Below are positions 28,201 through 43,200 of a stretch of 64,000 bases of DNA, piece by piece. The notes beneath the pieces were generated by a model, which saw only the letters and a program-made list of their open reading frames with translations, was not told the origin of the DNA and made no database searches. This DNA is from Eledone cirrhosa (lineage: Eukaryota), in contig OZ024745.1 in the NCBI GenBank assembly GCA_964016885.1, positions 682,001 through 746,000 of the forward strand, read 5' to 3'. A program made the position numbers and the translations under genes. The first letter of the stretch is position 1. The number at the start of each line of letters is the position of its first letter.

Positions 28201-31200
28201 TATAGTGGATGTCTGTGGTATAGTGGATGTCTGTGGTATAGTGGATGTCAGTGGTATAGTGGATGTCTGGTATAGTGGATGTCAGTGGTATAGTGGATGT
28301 CTGTGGTATAGTGGATGTCAGTGGTATAGTGCATGTCAGTGGTATAGTGGATGTCTGTGGTATAGTGGATGTCTGTGGTATAGTGGATGTCTGTGGTATA
28401 GTGGATGTCAGTGGTATAATGGATGTCTGTGGTATAGTGGATGTCAGTGGTATAGTGGAGGTCTGTGGTATAGTGGATGTCTGTGGTATAGTGGATGTCA
28501 GTGGTATAGTGGATGTCTGGTATAGTGGATGTCAGTGGTATAGTGGAGGTCTGTGGTATAGTGGATGTCTGTGGTATAGTGGATGTCAGTGGTATAGTGG
28601 ATGTCTGGTATAGTGGATGTCAGTGGTATAGTGGAGGTCTGTGGTATAGTGGATGTCTGTGGTATAGTGGATGTCAGTGGTATAGTGGATGTCAGTGGTA
28701 TAGTGGATGTCTGTGGTATAGTGGATGTCTGTGGTATAGTGGATGTCTGTGGCATAGTGGATGTCAGTGGTATAGTGGATGTCTGTGGTATAGTGGATGT
28801 CTGTGGTATAGTGGATGTCTGTGGTATAGTGGATGTCAGTGGTATAGTGGATGTCAGTGGTATAGTGGATGTCAGTGGTATAGTGGATGCCAGTGGTATA
28901 GTGGATGTCTGTGGTATAGTGGATGTCTGTGGTATAGTGGATGTATGTGGTATAGTGGATGTCAGTGGTATAGTGGATGTATGTGGTATAGTGGATGTCA
29001 GTGGTATAGTGGATGTCAGTGGTATAGTGGATGTCAGTGGTATAGTGGATGTCTGTGGTATAGTGGATGTCAGTGGTATAGTGGATGTCTGTGGTATAGT
29101 GGATGTATGTGGTATAGTGGATGTCTGTGGTATAGTGGATGTCAGTGGTATAGTGGATGTCAGTGGTATAGTGGATGTCAGTGGTATAGTGGATGTCAGT
29201 GATATAGTGGATGTCAGTGGTATAGTGGATGTCAGTGGTATAGTGGATGTCTGTGGTATAGTGGATGTCAGTGGTATAGTGGATGTCAGTGGTATAGTGG
29301 ATGTCTGTGGTATAGTGGATGTATGTGGTATAGTGGATGTATGTGGTATAGTGGATGTCTGTGGTATAGTGGATGTCAGTGGTATAGTGGATGTCAGTGG
29401 TATAGTGGATGTCTGTGGTATAGTGGATGTTTGTGGTATAGTGGATGTCAGTGGTATAGTGGATGTCTGTGGTATAGTGGATGTCAGTGGTATAGTGGAT
29501 GTCAGTGGTATAGTGGATGTCAGTGGTATAGTGGATGTCTGTGGTATAGTGGATGTCAGTTGTATAGTGGATGTCAGTGGTATAGTGGATGTCTGTGGTA
29601 TAGTTGATGTCTGTCGTATAGTGGATGTCAGTGGTATAGTGGATGTCAGTGGTATAGTGGATGTCAGTGGTATAGTGGATGTCTGTGGTATAGTGGATGT
29701 CAGTGGTATAGTGGATGTCAGTGGTATAGTGGATGTCAGTGGTATAGTGGATGTCAGTGGTATAGTGGATGTATGTGGTATAGTGGATGTCTGTGGTATA
29801 GTGGATGTCAGTGGTATAGTGGATGTCAGTGGTATAGTGGATGTCTGTGGTATAGTGGATGTATGTGGTATAGTGGATGTCTGTGGTATAGTGGATGTCA
29901 GTGGTATAGTGGATGTCAGTGGTATAGTGGATGTCAGTGGTATAGTGGATGTCTGGTATAGTGGATGTCAGTGGTATAGTAGATGTCTGTGGTATAGTGG
30001 ATGTCAGTGGTATAGTGGATGTATGTGGTATAGTGGATGTCAGTGGTATAGTGGATGTGTATGGTATACTGGATGTCTGTGGTATAGTGGATGTCTGTGG
30101 TATAGTGGATGTCTGTAGTATAGTGGATGTCAGTGGTATAGTGGATGTCTGTGGTATAGTGGATGTCAGTGGTATAGTGGAGGTCTGTGGTATAGTGGAT
30201 GTCTGTGGTATAGTGGATGTCAGTGGTATAGTGGATGTCTGGTATAGTGGATGTCAGTGGTATAGTGGATGTCTGTGGTATAGTGGATGTCTGTGGTATA
30301 GTGGATGTCAGTGGTATAGTGGATGTCTGGTATAGTGGATGTCAGTGGTATAGTGGAGGTCTGTGGTATAGTGGATGTCTGTGGTATAGTGGATGTCAGT
30401 GGTATAGTGGATGTCAGTGGTATAGTGGATGTCTGTGGTATAGTGGATGTCTGTGGTATAGTGGATGTCTGTGGTATAGTGGATGTCAGTGGTATAGTGG
30501 ATGTCTGTGGTATAGTGGATGTCAGTGGTATAGTGGAGGTCTGTGGTATAGTGGATGTCTGTGGTATAGTGGATGTCAGTGGTATAGTGGATGTCTGGTA
30601 TAGTGGATGTCAGTGGTATAGTGGAGGTCTGTGGTATAGTGGATGTCTGTGGTATAGTGGATGTCAGTGGTATAGTGGATGTCTGGTATAGTGGATGTCA
30701 GTGGTATAGTGGAGGTCTGTGGTATAGTGGATGTCTGTGGTATAGTGGATGTCAGTGGTATAGTGGATGTCAGTGGTATAGTGGATGTCTGTGGTATAGT
30801 GGATGTCTGTGGTATAGTGGATGTCTGTGGCATAGTGGATGTCAGTGGTATAGTGGATGTCAGTGGTATAGTGGATGTCTGTGGTATAGTGGATGTCAGT
30901 GGTATAGTGGATGTCAGTGGTATAGTGGATGTCAGTGGTATAGTGGATGTCAGTGGTATAGTGGATGTCTGTGCTATAGTGGATATCAGTGGTATGGTGG
31001 ATGTAAGTGGTATACTGGATGTCTGTGGTATAGTGGATGTCAGTGGTATAGTGGATGTCAGTGGTATAGTGGATGTCTGTGGTATAGTGGATATCAGTGG
31101 TATGGTGGATGTAAGTGGTATACTGGATGTCTGTGGTATAGTGGATGTCAGTGGTATAGTGGATGTCAGTGGTATAGTGGATGTCTGGTATAGTGGATGT

Positions 31201-34200
31201 CAGTGGTATAGTGGATGTCTGTCGTATAGTGGATGTCAGTGGTATGGTGGATGTCTGTGGTATAGTGGATGTCTGTGGTATAGTGGATGTCAGTGGTATA
31301 GTGGATGTCAGTGGTATAGTGGATGTCTGGTATAGTGGATGTCAGTGGTATAGTGGATGTCTGTGGTATAGTGGATGTCAGTGGTATAGTGGATGTCAGT
31401 GGTATAGTGCATGTCAGTGGTATAGTGGATGTCTGTGGTATAGTGGATGTCTGTGGTATAGTGGATGTCTGTGGTATAGTGGATGTCAGTGGTATAATGG
31501 ATGTCTGTGGTATAGTGGATGTCAGTGGTATAGTGGAGGTCTGTGGTATAGTGGATGTCTGTGGTATAGTGGATGTCAGTGGTATAGTGGATGTCTGGTA
31601 TAGTGGATGTCAGTGGTATAGTGGAGGTCTGTGGTATAGTGGATGTCTGTGGTATAGTGGATGTCAGTGGTATAGTGGATGTCTGGTATAGTGGATGTCA
31701 GTGGTATAGTGGAGGTCTGTGGTATAGTGGATGTCTGTGGTATAGTGGATGTCAGTGGTATAGTGGATGTCAGTGGTATAGTGGATGTCTGTGGTATAGT
31801 GGATGTCTGTGGTATAGTGGATGTCTGTGGCATAGTGGATGTCAGTGGTATAGTGGATGTCTGTGGTATAGTGGATGTCTGTGGTATAGTGGATGTCTGT
31901 GGTATAGTGGATGTCAGTGGTATAGTGGATGTCAGTGGTATAGTGGATGTCAGTGGTATAGTGGATGCCAGTGGTATAGTGGATGTCTGTGGTATAGTGG
32001 ATGTCTGTGGTATAGTGGATGTATGTGGTATAGTGGATGTCAGTGGTATAGTGGATGTATGTGGTATAGTGGATGTCAGTGGTATAGTGGATGTCAGTGG
32101 TATAGTGGATGTCAGTGGTATAGTGGATGTCTGTGGTATAGTGGATGTCAGTGGTATAGTGGATGTCTGTGGTATAGTGGATGTATGTGGTATAGTGGAT
32201 GTCTGTGGTATAGTGGATGTCAGTGGTATAGTGGATGTCAGTGGTATAGTGGATGTCAGTGGTATAGTGGATGTCAGTGATATAGTGGATGTCAGTGGTA
32301 TAGTGGATGTCAGTGGTATAGTGGATGTCTGTGGTATAGTGGATGTCAGTGGTATAGTGGATGTCAGTGGTATAGTGGATGTCTGTGGTATAGTGGATGT
32401 ATGTGGTATAGTGGATGTATGTGGTATAGTGGATGTCTGTGGTATAGTGGATGTCAGTGGTATAGTGGATGTCAGTGGTATAGTGGATGTCTGTGGTATA
32501 GTGGATGTTTGTGGTATAGTGGATGTCAGTGGTATAGTGGATGTCTGTGGTATAGTGGATGTCAGTGGTATAGTGGATGTCAGTGGTATAGTGGATGTCA
32601 GTGGTATAGTGGATGTCTGTGGTATAGTGGATGTCAGTTGTATAGTGGATGTCAGTGGTATAGTGGATGTCTGTGGTATAGTTGATGTCTGTCGTATAGT
32701 GGATGTCAGTGGTATAGTGGATGTCAGTGGTATAGTGGATGTCAGTGGTATAGTGGATGTCTGTGGTATAGTGGATGTCAGTGGTATAGTGGATGTCAGT
32801 GGTATAGTGGATGTCAGTGGTATAGTGGATGTCAGTGGTATAGTGGATGTATGTGGTATAGTGGATGTCTGTGGTATAGTGGATGTCAGTGGTATAGTGG
32901 ATGTCAGTGGTATAGTGGATGTCTGTGGTATAGTGGATGTATGTGGTATAGTGGATGTCTGTGGTATAGTGGATGTCAGTGGTATAGTGGATGTCAGTGG
33001 TATAGTGGATGTCAGTGGTATAGTGGATGTCTGGTATAGTGGATGTCAGTGGTATAGTAGATGTCTGTGGTATAGTGGATGTCAGTGGTATAGTGGATGT
33101 ATGTGGTATAGTGGATGTCAGTGGTATAGTGGATGTGTATGGTATACTGGATGTCTGTGGTATAGTGGATGTCTGTGGTATAGTGGATGTCTGTAGTATA
33201 GTGGATGTCAGTGGTATAGTGGATGTCTGTGGTATAGTGGATGTCAGTGGTATAGTGGAGGTCTGTGGTATAGTGGATGTCTGTGGTATAGTGGATGTCA
33301 GTGGTATAGTGGATGTCTGGTATAGTGGATGTCAGTGGTATAGTGGATGTCTGTGGTATAGTGGATGTCTGTGGTATAGTGGATGTCAGTGGTATAGTGG
33401 ATGTCTGGTATAGTGGATGTCAGTGGTATAGTGGAGGTCTGTGGTATAGTGGATGTCTGTGGTATAGTGGATGTCAGTGGTATAGTGGATGTCAGTGGTA
33501 TAGTGGATGTCTGTGGTATAGTGGATGTCTGTGGTATAGTGGATGTCTGTGGTATAGTGGATGTCAGTGGTATAGTGGATGTCTGTGGTATAGTGGATGT
33601 CAGTGGTATAGTGGAGGTCTGTGGTATAGTGGATGTCTGTGGTATAGTGGATGTCAGTGGTATAGTGGATGTCTGGTATAGTGGATGTCAGTGGTATAGT
33701 GGAGGTCTGTGGTATAGTGGATGTCTGTGGTATAGTGGATGTCAGTGGTATAGTGGATGTCTGGTATAGTGGATGTCAGTGGTATAGTGGAGGTCTGTGG
33801 TATAGTGGATGTCTGTGGTATAGTGGATGTCAGTGGTATAGTGGATGTCAGTGGTATAGTGGATGTCTGTGGTATAGTGGATGTCTGTGGTATAGTGGAT
33901 GTCTGTGGCATAGTGGATGTCAGTGGTATAGTGGATGTCAGTGGTATAGTGGATGTCTGTGGTATAGTGGATGTCAGTGGTATAGTGGATGTCAGTGGTA
34001 TAGTGGATGTCAGTGGTATAGTGGATGTCAGTGGTATAGTGGATGTCTGTGCTATAGTGGATATCAGTGGTATGGTGGATGTAAGTGGTATACTGGATGT
34101 CTGTGGTATAGTGGATGTCAGTGGTATAGTGGATGTCAGTGGTATAGTGGATGTCTGTGGTATAGTGGATATCAGTGGTATGGTGGATGTAAGTGGTATA

Positions 34201-37200
34201 CTGGATGTCTGTGGTATAGTGGATGTCAGTGGTATAGTGGATGTCAGTGGTATAGTGGATGTCTGGTATAGTGGATGTCAGTGGTATAGTGGATGTCTGT
34301 CGTATAGTGGATGTCAGTGGTATGGTGGATGTCTGTGGTATAGTGGATGTCTGTGGTATAGTGGATGTCAGTGGTATAGTGGATGTCAGTGGTATAGTGG
34401 ATGTCTGGTATAGTGGATGTCAGTGGTATAGTGGATGTCTGTGGTATAGTGGATGTCAGTGGTATAGTGGATGTCAGTGGTATAGTGGATGTCTGTGGTA
34501 TAGTGGATGTCTGTGGTATAGTGGATATCAGTGGTATAGTGGATGTCAGTGGTATAGTGGATGTTTGTGGTATAGTGGATGTCAGTGTTATAGTGGATGT
34601 CAGTGGTATAGTAGATGTCAGTGGTATGGTGGATGTAAGTGGTATACTGGATGTCAGTGGTATAGTGGATGTCTGGTATAGTGGATGTCAGTGGTATAGT
34701 GGATGTCTGTGGTATAGTGGATGTCAGTGGTATAGTGGATGTCAGTGGTATAGTGGATATTTGTGGTATAGTGGATGTCAGTGGTATAGTGGATGTCAGT
34801 GGTATAGTGGATGTCAGTGGTATAGTGGATGTCTTGTATAGTGGATGTCAGTGGTATAGTGGATGTCTGTGGTATAGTGGATGTCTGTGGTATAGTGGAT
34901 GTCAGTGGTATAGTGGATGTCAGTGGTATAGTGGATGTCAGTGGTATAGTGGATGTCAGTGGTATAGTGGATGTCAGTGGTATAGTGGATGTGTATGGTA
35001 TAGTGGATGTCTGTCGTATAGTGGATGTCTGTGGTATAGTGGATGTCTGTGGTATAGTGGATGTCAGTGGTATAGTGGATGTCTGTGGTATAGTGGATGT
35101 CTGTGGTATAGTGGATGTCTGTGGTATAGTGGATGTCTGTGGTATAGTGGATGTCTGTGGTATAGTGGAGGTCTGTGGTATAGTGGATGTCAGTGGTATA
35201 GTGGATGTCTGTGGTATAGTGGATGTCTGTGGTATAGTGGATGTCTGTGGTATAGTGGATGTCTGTGGTATAGTGGAGGTCTGTGGTATAGTGGATGTCA
35301 GTGGTATAGTGGATGTCTGTGGTATAGTGGAGGTCTGTGGTATAGTGGATGTCAGTGGTATAGTGGATGTCAGTGGTATAGTGGAGGTCTGTGGTATAGT
35401 GGATGTCAGTGGTATAGTGGATGTCTGTGGTATAGTGGATGTATGTGGTATAGTGGATGTCAGTGGTATAGTGGATGTCTGTGGTATAGTGGATGTCAGT
35501 GGTATAGTGGATGTCTGTGGTATAGTGGATGTCTGTGGTATAGTGGATGTCAGTGGTATAGTGGATGTCAGTGGTATAGTGGATGTCTGTGGTATAGTGG
35601 ATGTCAGTGGTATAGTGGATGTATGTGGTATAGTGGATGTCTGTGGTATAGTGGATGTCAGTGGTATAGTGGATGTCAGTGGTATAGTGGATGTCAGTGG
35701 TATAGTGGATGTCTGGTATAGTGGATGTCAGTGGTATAGTGGATGTCTGTGGTATAGTGGATGTCAGTGGTATAGTGGATGTCAGTGGTATAGTGGATGT
35801 CAGTGGTATAGTGGATGTCTGTGGTATAGTGGATGTCTGTGGTATAGTGGATGTCAGTGGTATAGTGGATGTCAGTGGTATAGTGGATGTATGTGGTATA
35901 GTGGATGTATGTGGTATAGTGGATGTCAGTGGTATAGTGGATGTCAGTGGTATAGTGGATGTCAGTGGTATAGTGGATGTCAGTGGTATAGTGGATGTCT
36001 GTGGTATAGTGGATGTCAGTGGTATAGTGGATGTCAGTGGTATAGTGGATGTCAGTGGTATAGTGGATGTCAGTGGTATAGTGGATGTCAGTGGTATAGT
36101 GGATGTCAGTGGTATAATGGATGTATGTGGTATAGTGGATGTCAGTGGTATAGTGGATGTGTATGGTATAGTGGATGTCTGTGGTATAGTGGATGTATGT
36201 GGTATAGTGGATGTCAGTGGTATAGTGGATGTCTGTGGTATAGTGGATGTCAGTGGTATAGTGGATGTCAGTGGTATAGTGGATGTCAGTGGTATAGTGG
36301 ATGTCAGTGGTATAGTTGATGCCTGTCGTATAGTGGATGTCAGTGGTATAGTGGATGTCAGTGGTATAGTGGATGTCAGTGGTATAGTGGATGTCAGTGG
36401 TATAGTTGATGTCTGTCGTATAGTGGATGTCAGTGGTATAGTGGATGTCAGTGGTATAGTGGATGTCAGTGGTATAGTGGATGTCAGTGGTATAGTGGAT
36501 GTCTGTGGTATAGTTGATGTCTGTCGTATAGTGGATGTCAGTGGTATAGTGGATGTCAGTGGTATAGTGGATGTCAGTGGTATAGTGGATGTCTGTGGTA
36601 TAGTGGATGTCAGTGGTATAGTGGAGGTCTGTGGTATAGTGGATGTCAGTGGTATAGTGGATGTCAGTGGTATAGTGGATGTCTGTGGTATAGTGGATGT
36701 CAGTGGTATAGTGGATGTCTGTGGTATAGTGGATGTATGTGGTATAGTGGATGTCTGTGGTATAGTGGATGTCAGTGGTATAGTGGATGTCAGTGGTATA
36801 GTGGATGTCTGTGGTATAGTGGATGTCTGTGGTATAGTGGATGTCTGTGGTATAGTGGATGTCAGTGGTATAGTGGATGTCTGGTATAGTGGATGTCAGT
36901 GGTATAGTGGATGTCTGTGGTATAGTGGATGTCAGTGGTATAATGGATGTATGTGGTATAGTGGATGTCAGTGGTATAGTGGATGTGTATGGTATAGTGG
37001 ATGTCTGTGGTATAGTGGATGTATGTGGTATAGTGGATGTCAGTGGTATAGTGGATGTCTGTGGTATAGTGGATGTCAGTGGTATAGTGGATGTCAGTGG
37101 TATAGTGGATGTCAGTGGTATAGTGGATGTCAGTGGTATAGTTGATGTCTGTCGTATAGTGGATGTCTGTGGTATAGTTGATGTCTGTCGTATAGTGGAT

Positions 37201-40200
37201 GTCAGTGGTATAGTGGATGTCAGTGGTATAGTGGATGTCAGTGGTATAGTGGATGTCTGTGGTATAGTGGATGTCAGTGGTATAGTGGAGGTCTGTGGTA
37301 TAGTGGATGTCAGTGGTATAGTGGATGTCAGTGGTATAGTGGATGTCAGTGGTATAGTGGATGTCTGTGGTATAGTGGATGTCAGTGGTATAGTGGATGT
37401 CAGTGGTATAGTGGATGTCAGTGGTATAGTGGATGTCAGTGGTATAGTGGATGTCAGTGGTATAGTGGATGTCTGTGGTATAGTGGATGTCAGTGGTATA
37501 GTGGATGTCAGTGGTATAGTGGATGTCAGTGGTATAGTGGATGTCTGTGGTATAGTGGATGTCAGTGGTATAGTGGAGGTCTGTGGTATAGTGGATGTCA
37601 GTGGTATAGTGGATGTCAGTGGTATAGTGGATGTCTGTGGTATAGTGGATGTCAGTGGTATAGTGGATGTCAGTGGTATAGTGGATGTCAGTGGTATAGT
37701 GGATGTCTGTGGTATAGTGGATGTCAGTGGTATAGTGGAGGTCTGTGGTATAGTGGATGTCAGTGGTATAGTGGATGTCAGTGGTATAGTGGATGTCTGT
37801 GGTATAGTGGATGTCAGTGGTATAGTGGATGTCTGTGGTATAGTGGATGTCAGTGGTATAATGGATGTCTGTGGTATAGTGGATGTCAGTGGTATAGTGG
37901 ATGTCTGTGGTATAGTGGATGTTTGTGGTATAGTGGATGTCAGTGGTATAGTGGATGTCTGTGGTATAGTGGATGTCAGTGGTATAGTGGATGTCAGTGG
38001 TATAGTGGATGTCAGTGGTATAGTGGATGTCTGTGGTATAGTGGATGTCAGTTGTATAGTGGATGTCAGTGGTATAGTGGATGTCTGTGGTATAGTTGAT
38101 GTCTGTCGTATAGTGGATGTCAGTGGTATAGTGGATGTCAGTGGTATAGTGGAGGTCTGTGGTATAGTGGATGTCAGTGGTATAGTGGATGTCAGTGGTA
38201 TAGTGGATGTCTGTGGTATAGTGGATGTCTGTGGTATAGTGGATGTCTGTGGTATAGTGGATGTCAGTGGTATAGTGGAGGTCTGTGGTATAGTGGAGGT
38301 CTGTGGTATAGTGGATGTCTGGTATAGTGGATGTCAGTGGTATAGTGGATGTCAGTGGTATAGTGGATGTCTGGTATAGTGGATGTCAGTGGTATAGTGG
38401 ATGTCTGTGGTATAGTGGATGTCTGTGGTATAGTGGATGTCAGTGGTATAGTGGATGTCTGGTATAGTGGATGTCAGTGGTATAGTGGATGTCTGTGGTA
38501 TAGTGGATGTCAGTGGTATAGTGGATGTCAGTGGTATAGTGGATGTCTGTGGTATAGTGGATGTCTGTGGTATAGTGGATGTCTGTGGTATAGTGGATGT
38601 CAGTGGTATAATGGATGTCTGTGGTATAGTGGATGTCAGTGGTATAGTGGAGGTCTGTGGTATAGTGGATGTCTGTGGTATAGTGGATGTCAGTGGTATA
38701 GTGGATGTCTGGTATAGTGGATGTCAGTGGTATAGTGGAGGTCTGTGGTATAGTGGATGTCTGTGGTATAGTGGATGTCAGTGGTATAGTGGATGTCTGG
38801 TATAGTGGATGTCAGTGGTATAGTGGATGTCTGGTATAGTGGATGTCAGTGGTATAGTGGAGGTCTGTGGTTTAGTGGATGTCTGTGGTATAGTGGATGT
38901 CAGTGGTATAGTGGATGTCTGTGGTATAGTGGATGTCTGTGGCATAGTGGATGTCAGTGGTATAGTGGATGTCTGTGGCATAGTGGATGTCAGTGGTATA
39001 GTGGATGTCTGTGGTATAGTGGATGTCTGTGGTATAGTGGATGTCTGTGGTAGAGTGGATGTCAGTGGTATAGTGGATGTCAGTGGTATAGTGGATGTCA
39101 GTGGTATAGTGGATGTCAGTGGTATAGTGGATGTCTGTGGTATAGTGGATGTCTGTGGTATAGTGGATGTATGTGGTATAGTGGATGTCAGTGGTATAGT
39201 GGATGTCAGTGATATAGTGGATGTCAGTGGTATAGTGGATGTCTGTGGTATAGTGGATGTATGTGGTATAGTGGATGTCAGTGGTATAGTGGATGTATGT
39301 GGTATAGTGGATGTCTGTGGTATAGTGGATGTCAGTGGTATAGTGGATGTCAGTGGTATAGTGGATGTCTGTGGTATAGTGGATGTTTGTGGTATAGTGG
39401 ATGTCAGTGGTATAGTGGATGTCTGTGGTATAGTGGATGTCAGTGGTATAATGGATGTATGTGGTATAGTGGATGTCAGTGGTATAGTGGATGTGTATGG
39501 TATAGTGGATGTCTGTGGTATAGTGGATGTATGTGGTATAGTGGATGTCAGTGGTATAGTGGATGTCTGTGGTATAGTGGATGTCAGTGGTATAGTGGAT
39601 GTCAGTGGTATAGTGGATGTCAGTGGTATAGTGGATGTCAGTGGTATAGTTGATGTCTGTCGTATAGTGGATGTCTGTGGTATAGTTGATGTCTGTCGTA
39701 TAGTGGATGTCAGTGGTATAGTGGATGTCAGTGGTATAGTGGATGTCAGTGGTATAGTGGATGTCTGTGGTATAGTGGATGTCAGTGGTATAGTGGAGGT
39801 CTGTGGTATAGTGGATGTCAGTGGTATAGTGGATGTCAGTGGTATAGTGGATGTCAGTGGTATAGTGGATGTCTGTGGTATAGTGGATGTCAGTGGTATA
39901 GTGGATGTCAGTGGTATAGTGGATGTCAGTGGTATAGTGGATGTCAGTGGTATAGTGGATGTCAGTGGTATAGTGGATGTCTGTGGTATAGTGGATGTCA
40001 GTGGTATAGTGGATGTCAGTGGTATAGTGGATGTCAGTGGTATAGTGGATGTCTGTGGTATAGTGGATGTCAGTGGTATAGTGGAGGTCTGTGGTATAGT
40101 GGATGTCAGTGGTATAGTGGATGTCAGTGGTATAGTGGATGTCTGTGGTATAGTGGATGTCAGTGGTATAGTGGATGTCAGTGGTATAGTGGATGTCAGT

Positions 40201-43200
40201 GGTATAGTGGATGTCTGTGGTATAGTGGATGTCAGTGGTATAGTGGAGGTCTGTGGTATAGTGGATGTCAGTGGTATAGTGGATGTCAGTGGTATAGTGG
40301 ATGTCTGTGGTATAGTGGATGTCAGTGGTATAGTGGATGTCTGTGGTATAGTGGATGTCAGTGGTATAATGGATGTCTGTGGTATAGTGGATGTCAGTGG
40401 TATAGTGGATGTCTGTGGTATAGTGGATGTTTGTGGTATAGTGGATGTCAGTGGTATAGTGGATGTCTGTGGTATAGTGGATGTCAGTGGTATAGTGGAT
40501 GTCAGTGGTATAGTGGATGTCAGTGGTATAGTGGATGTCTGTGGTATAGTGGATGTCAGTTGTATAGTGGATGTCAGTGGTATAGTGGATGTCTGTGGTA
40601 TAGTTGATGTCTGTCGTATAGTGGATGTCAGTGGTATAGTGGATGTCAGTGGTATAGTGGAGGTCTGTGGTATAGTGGATGTCAGTGGTATAGTGGATGT
40701 CAGTGGTATAGTGGATGTCTGTGGTATAGTGGATGTCTGTGGTATAGTGGATGTCTGTGGTATAGTGGATGTCAGTGGTATAGTGGAGGTCTGTGGTATA
40801 GTGGAGGTCTGTGGTATAGTGGATGTCTGGTATAGTGGATGTCAGTGGTATAGTGGATGTCAGTGGTATAGTGGATGTCTGGTATAGTGGATGTCAGTGG
40901 TATAGTGGATGTCTGTGGTATAGTGGATGTCTGTGGTATAGTGGATGTCAGTGGTATAGTGGATGTCTGGTATAGTGGATGTCAGTGGTATAGTGGATGT
41001 CTGTGGTATAGTGGATGTCAGTGGTATAGTGGATGTCAGTGGTATAGTGGATGTCTGTGGTATAGTGGATGTCTGTGGTATAGTGGATGTCTGTGGTATA
41101 GTGGATGTCAGTGGTATAATGGATGTCTGTGGTATAGTGGATGTCAGTGGTATAGTGGAGGTCTGTGGTATAGTGGATGTCTGTGGTATAGTGGATGTCA
41201 GTGGTATAGTGGATGTCTGGTATAGTGGATGTCAGTGGTATAGTGGAGGTCTGTGGTATAGTGGATGTCTGTGGTATAGTGGATGTCAGTGGTATAGTGG
41301 ATGTCTGGTATAGTGGATGTCAGTGGTATAGTGGATGTCTGGTATAGTGGATGTCAGTGGTATAGTGGAGGTCTGTGGTTTAGTGGATGTCTGTGGTATA
41401 GTGGATGTCAGTGGTATAGTGGATGTCTGTGGTATAGTGGATGTCTGTGGCATAGTGGATGTCAGTGGTATAGTGGATGTCTGTGGCATAGTGGATGTCA
41501 GTGGTATAGTGGATGTCTGTGGTATAGTGGATGTCTGTGGTATAGTGGATGTCTGTGGTATAGTGGATGTCAGTGGTATAGTGGATGTCAGTGGTATAGT
41601 GGATGTCAGTGGTATAGTGGATGTCAGTGGTATAGTGGATGTCTGTGGTATAGTGGATGTCTGTGGTATAGTGGATGTATGTGGTATAGTGGATGTCAGT
41701 GGTATAGTGGATGTCAGTGATATAGTGGATGTCAGTGGTATAGTGGATGTCTGTGGTATAGTGGATGTATGTGGTATAGTGGATGTCAGTGGTATAGTGG
41801 ATGTCAGTGGTATAGTGGATGTCAGTGGTATAGTGGATGTCTGTGGTATAGTGGATGTCAGTGGTATAGTGGATGTCTGTGATATAGTGGATGTATGTGG
41901 TATAGTGGATGTCTGTGGTATAGTGGATGTCAGTGGTATAGTGGATGTCAGTGGTATAGTGGATGTCAGTGGTATAGTGGATGTCAGTGATATAGTGGAT
42001 GTCAGTGGTATAGTGGATGTCAGTGGTATAGTGGATGTCTGTGGTATAGTGGATGTATGTGGTATAGTGGATGTCTGTGGTATAGTGGATGTCAGTGGTA
42101 TAGTGGATGTCAGTGGTATAGTGGATGTCTGTGGTATAGTGGATGTTTGTGGTATAGTGGATGTCAGTGGTATAGTGGATGTCTGTGGTATAGTGGATGT
42201 CAGTGGTATAGTGGATGTCAGTGGTATAGTGGATGTCAGTGGTATAGTGGATGTCTGTGGTATAGTGGATGTCAGTTGTATAGTGGATGTCAGTGGTATA
42301 GTGGATGTCTGTGGTATAGTTGATGTCTGTCGTATAGTGGATGTCAGTGGTATAGTGGATGTCAGTGGTATAGTGGATGTCAGTGGTATAGTGGATGTCT
42401 GTGGTATAGTGGATGTCAGTGGTATAGTGGATGTCAGTGGTATAGTGGATGTCAGTGGTATAGTGGATGTCAGTGGTATAGTGGATGTATGTGGTATAGT
42501 GGATGTCTGTGGTATAGTGGATGTCAGTGGTATAGTGGATGTCAGTGGTATAGTGGATGTCTGTGGTATAGTGGATGTATGTGGTATAGTGGATGTCTGT
42601 GGTATAGTGGATGTCAGTGGTATAGTGGATGTCAGTGGTATAGTGGATGTCAGTGGTATAGTGGATGTCTGGTATAGTGGATGTCAGTGGTATAGTAGAT
42701 GTCTGTGGTATAGTGGATGTCAGTGGTATAGTGGATGTATGTGGTATAGTGGATGTCAGTGGTATAGTGGATGTGTATGGTATACTGGATGTCTGTGGTA
42801 TAGTGGATGTCTGTGGTATAGTGGATGTCTGTAGTATAGTGGATGTCAGTGGTATAGTGGATGTCTGTGGTATAGTGGATGTCAGTGGTATAGTGGAGGT
42901 CTGTGGTATAGTGGATGTCTGTGGTATAGTGGATGTCAGTGGTATAGTGGATGTCTGGTATAGTGGATGTCAGTGGTATAGTGGATGTCTGTGGTATAGT
43001 GGATGTCTGTGGTATAGTGGATGTCAGTGGTATAGTGGATGTCTGGTATAGTGGATGTCAGTGGTATAGTGGAGGTCTGTGGTATAGTGGATGTCTGTGG
43101 TATAGTGGATGTCAGTGGTATAGTGGATGTCAGTGGTATAGTGGATGTCTGTGGTATAGTGGATGTCTGTGGTATAGTGGATGTCTGTGGTATAGTGGAT

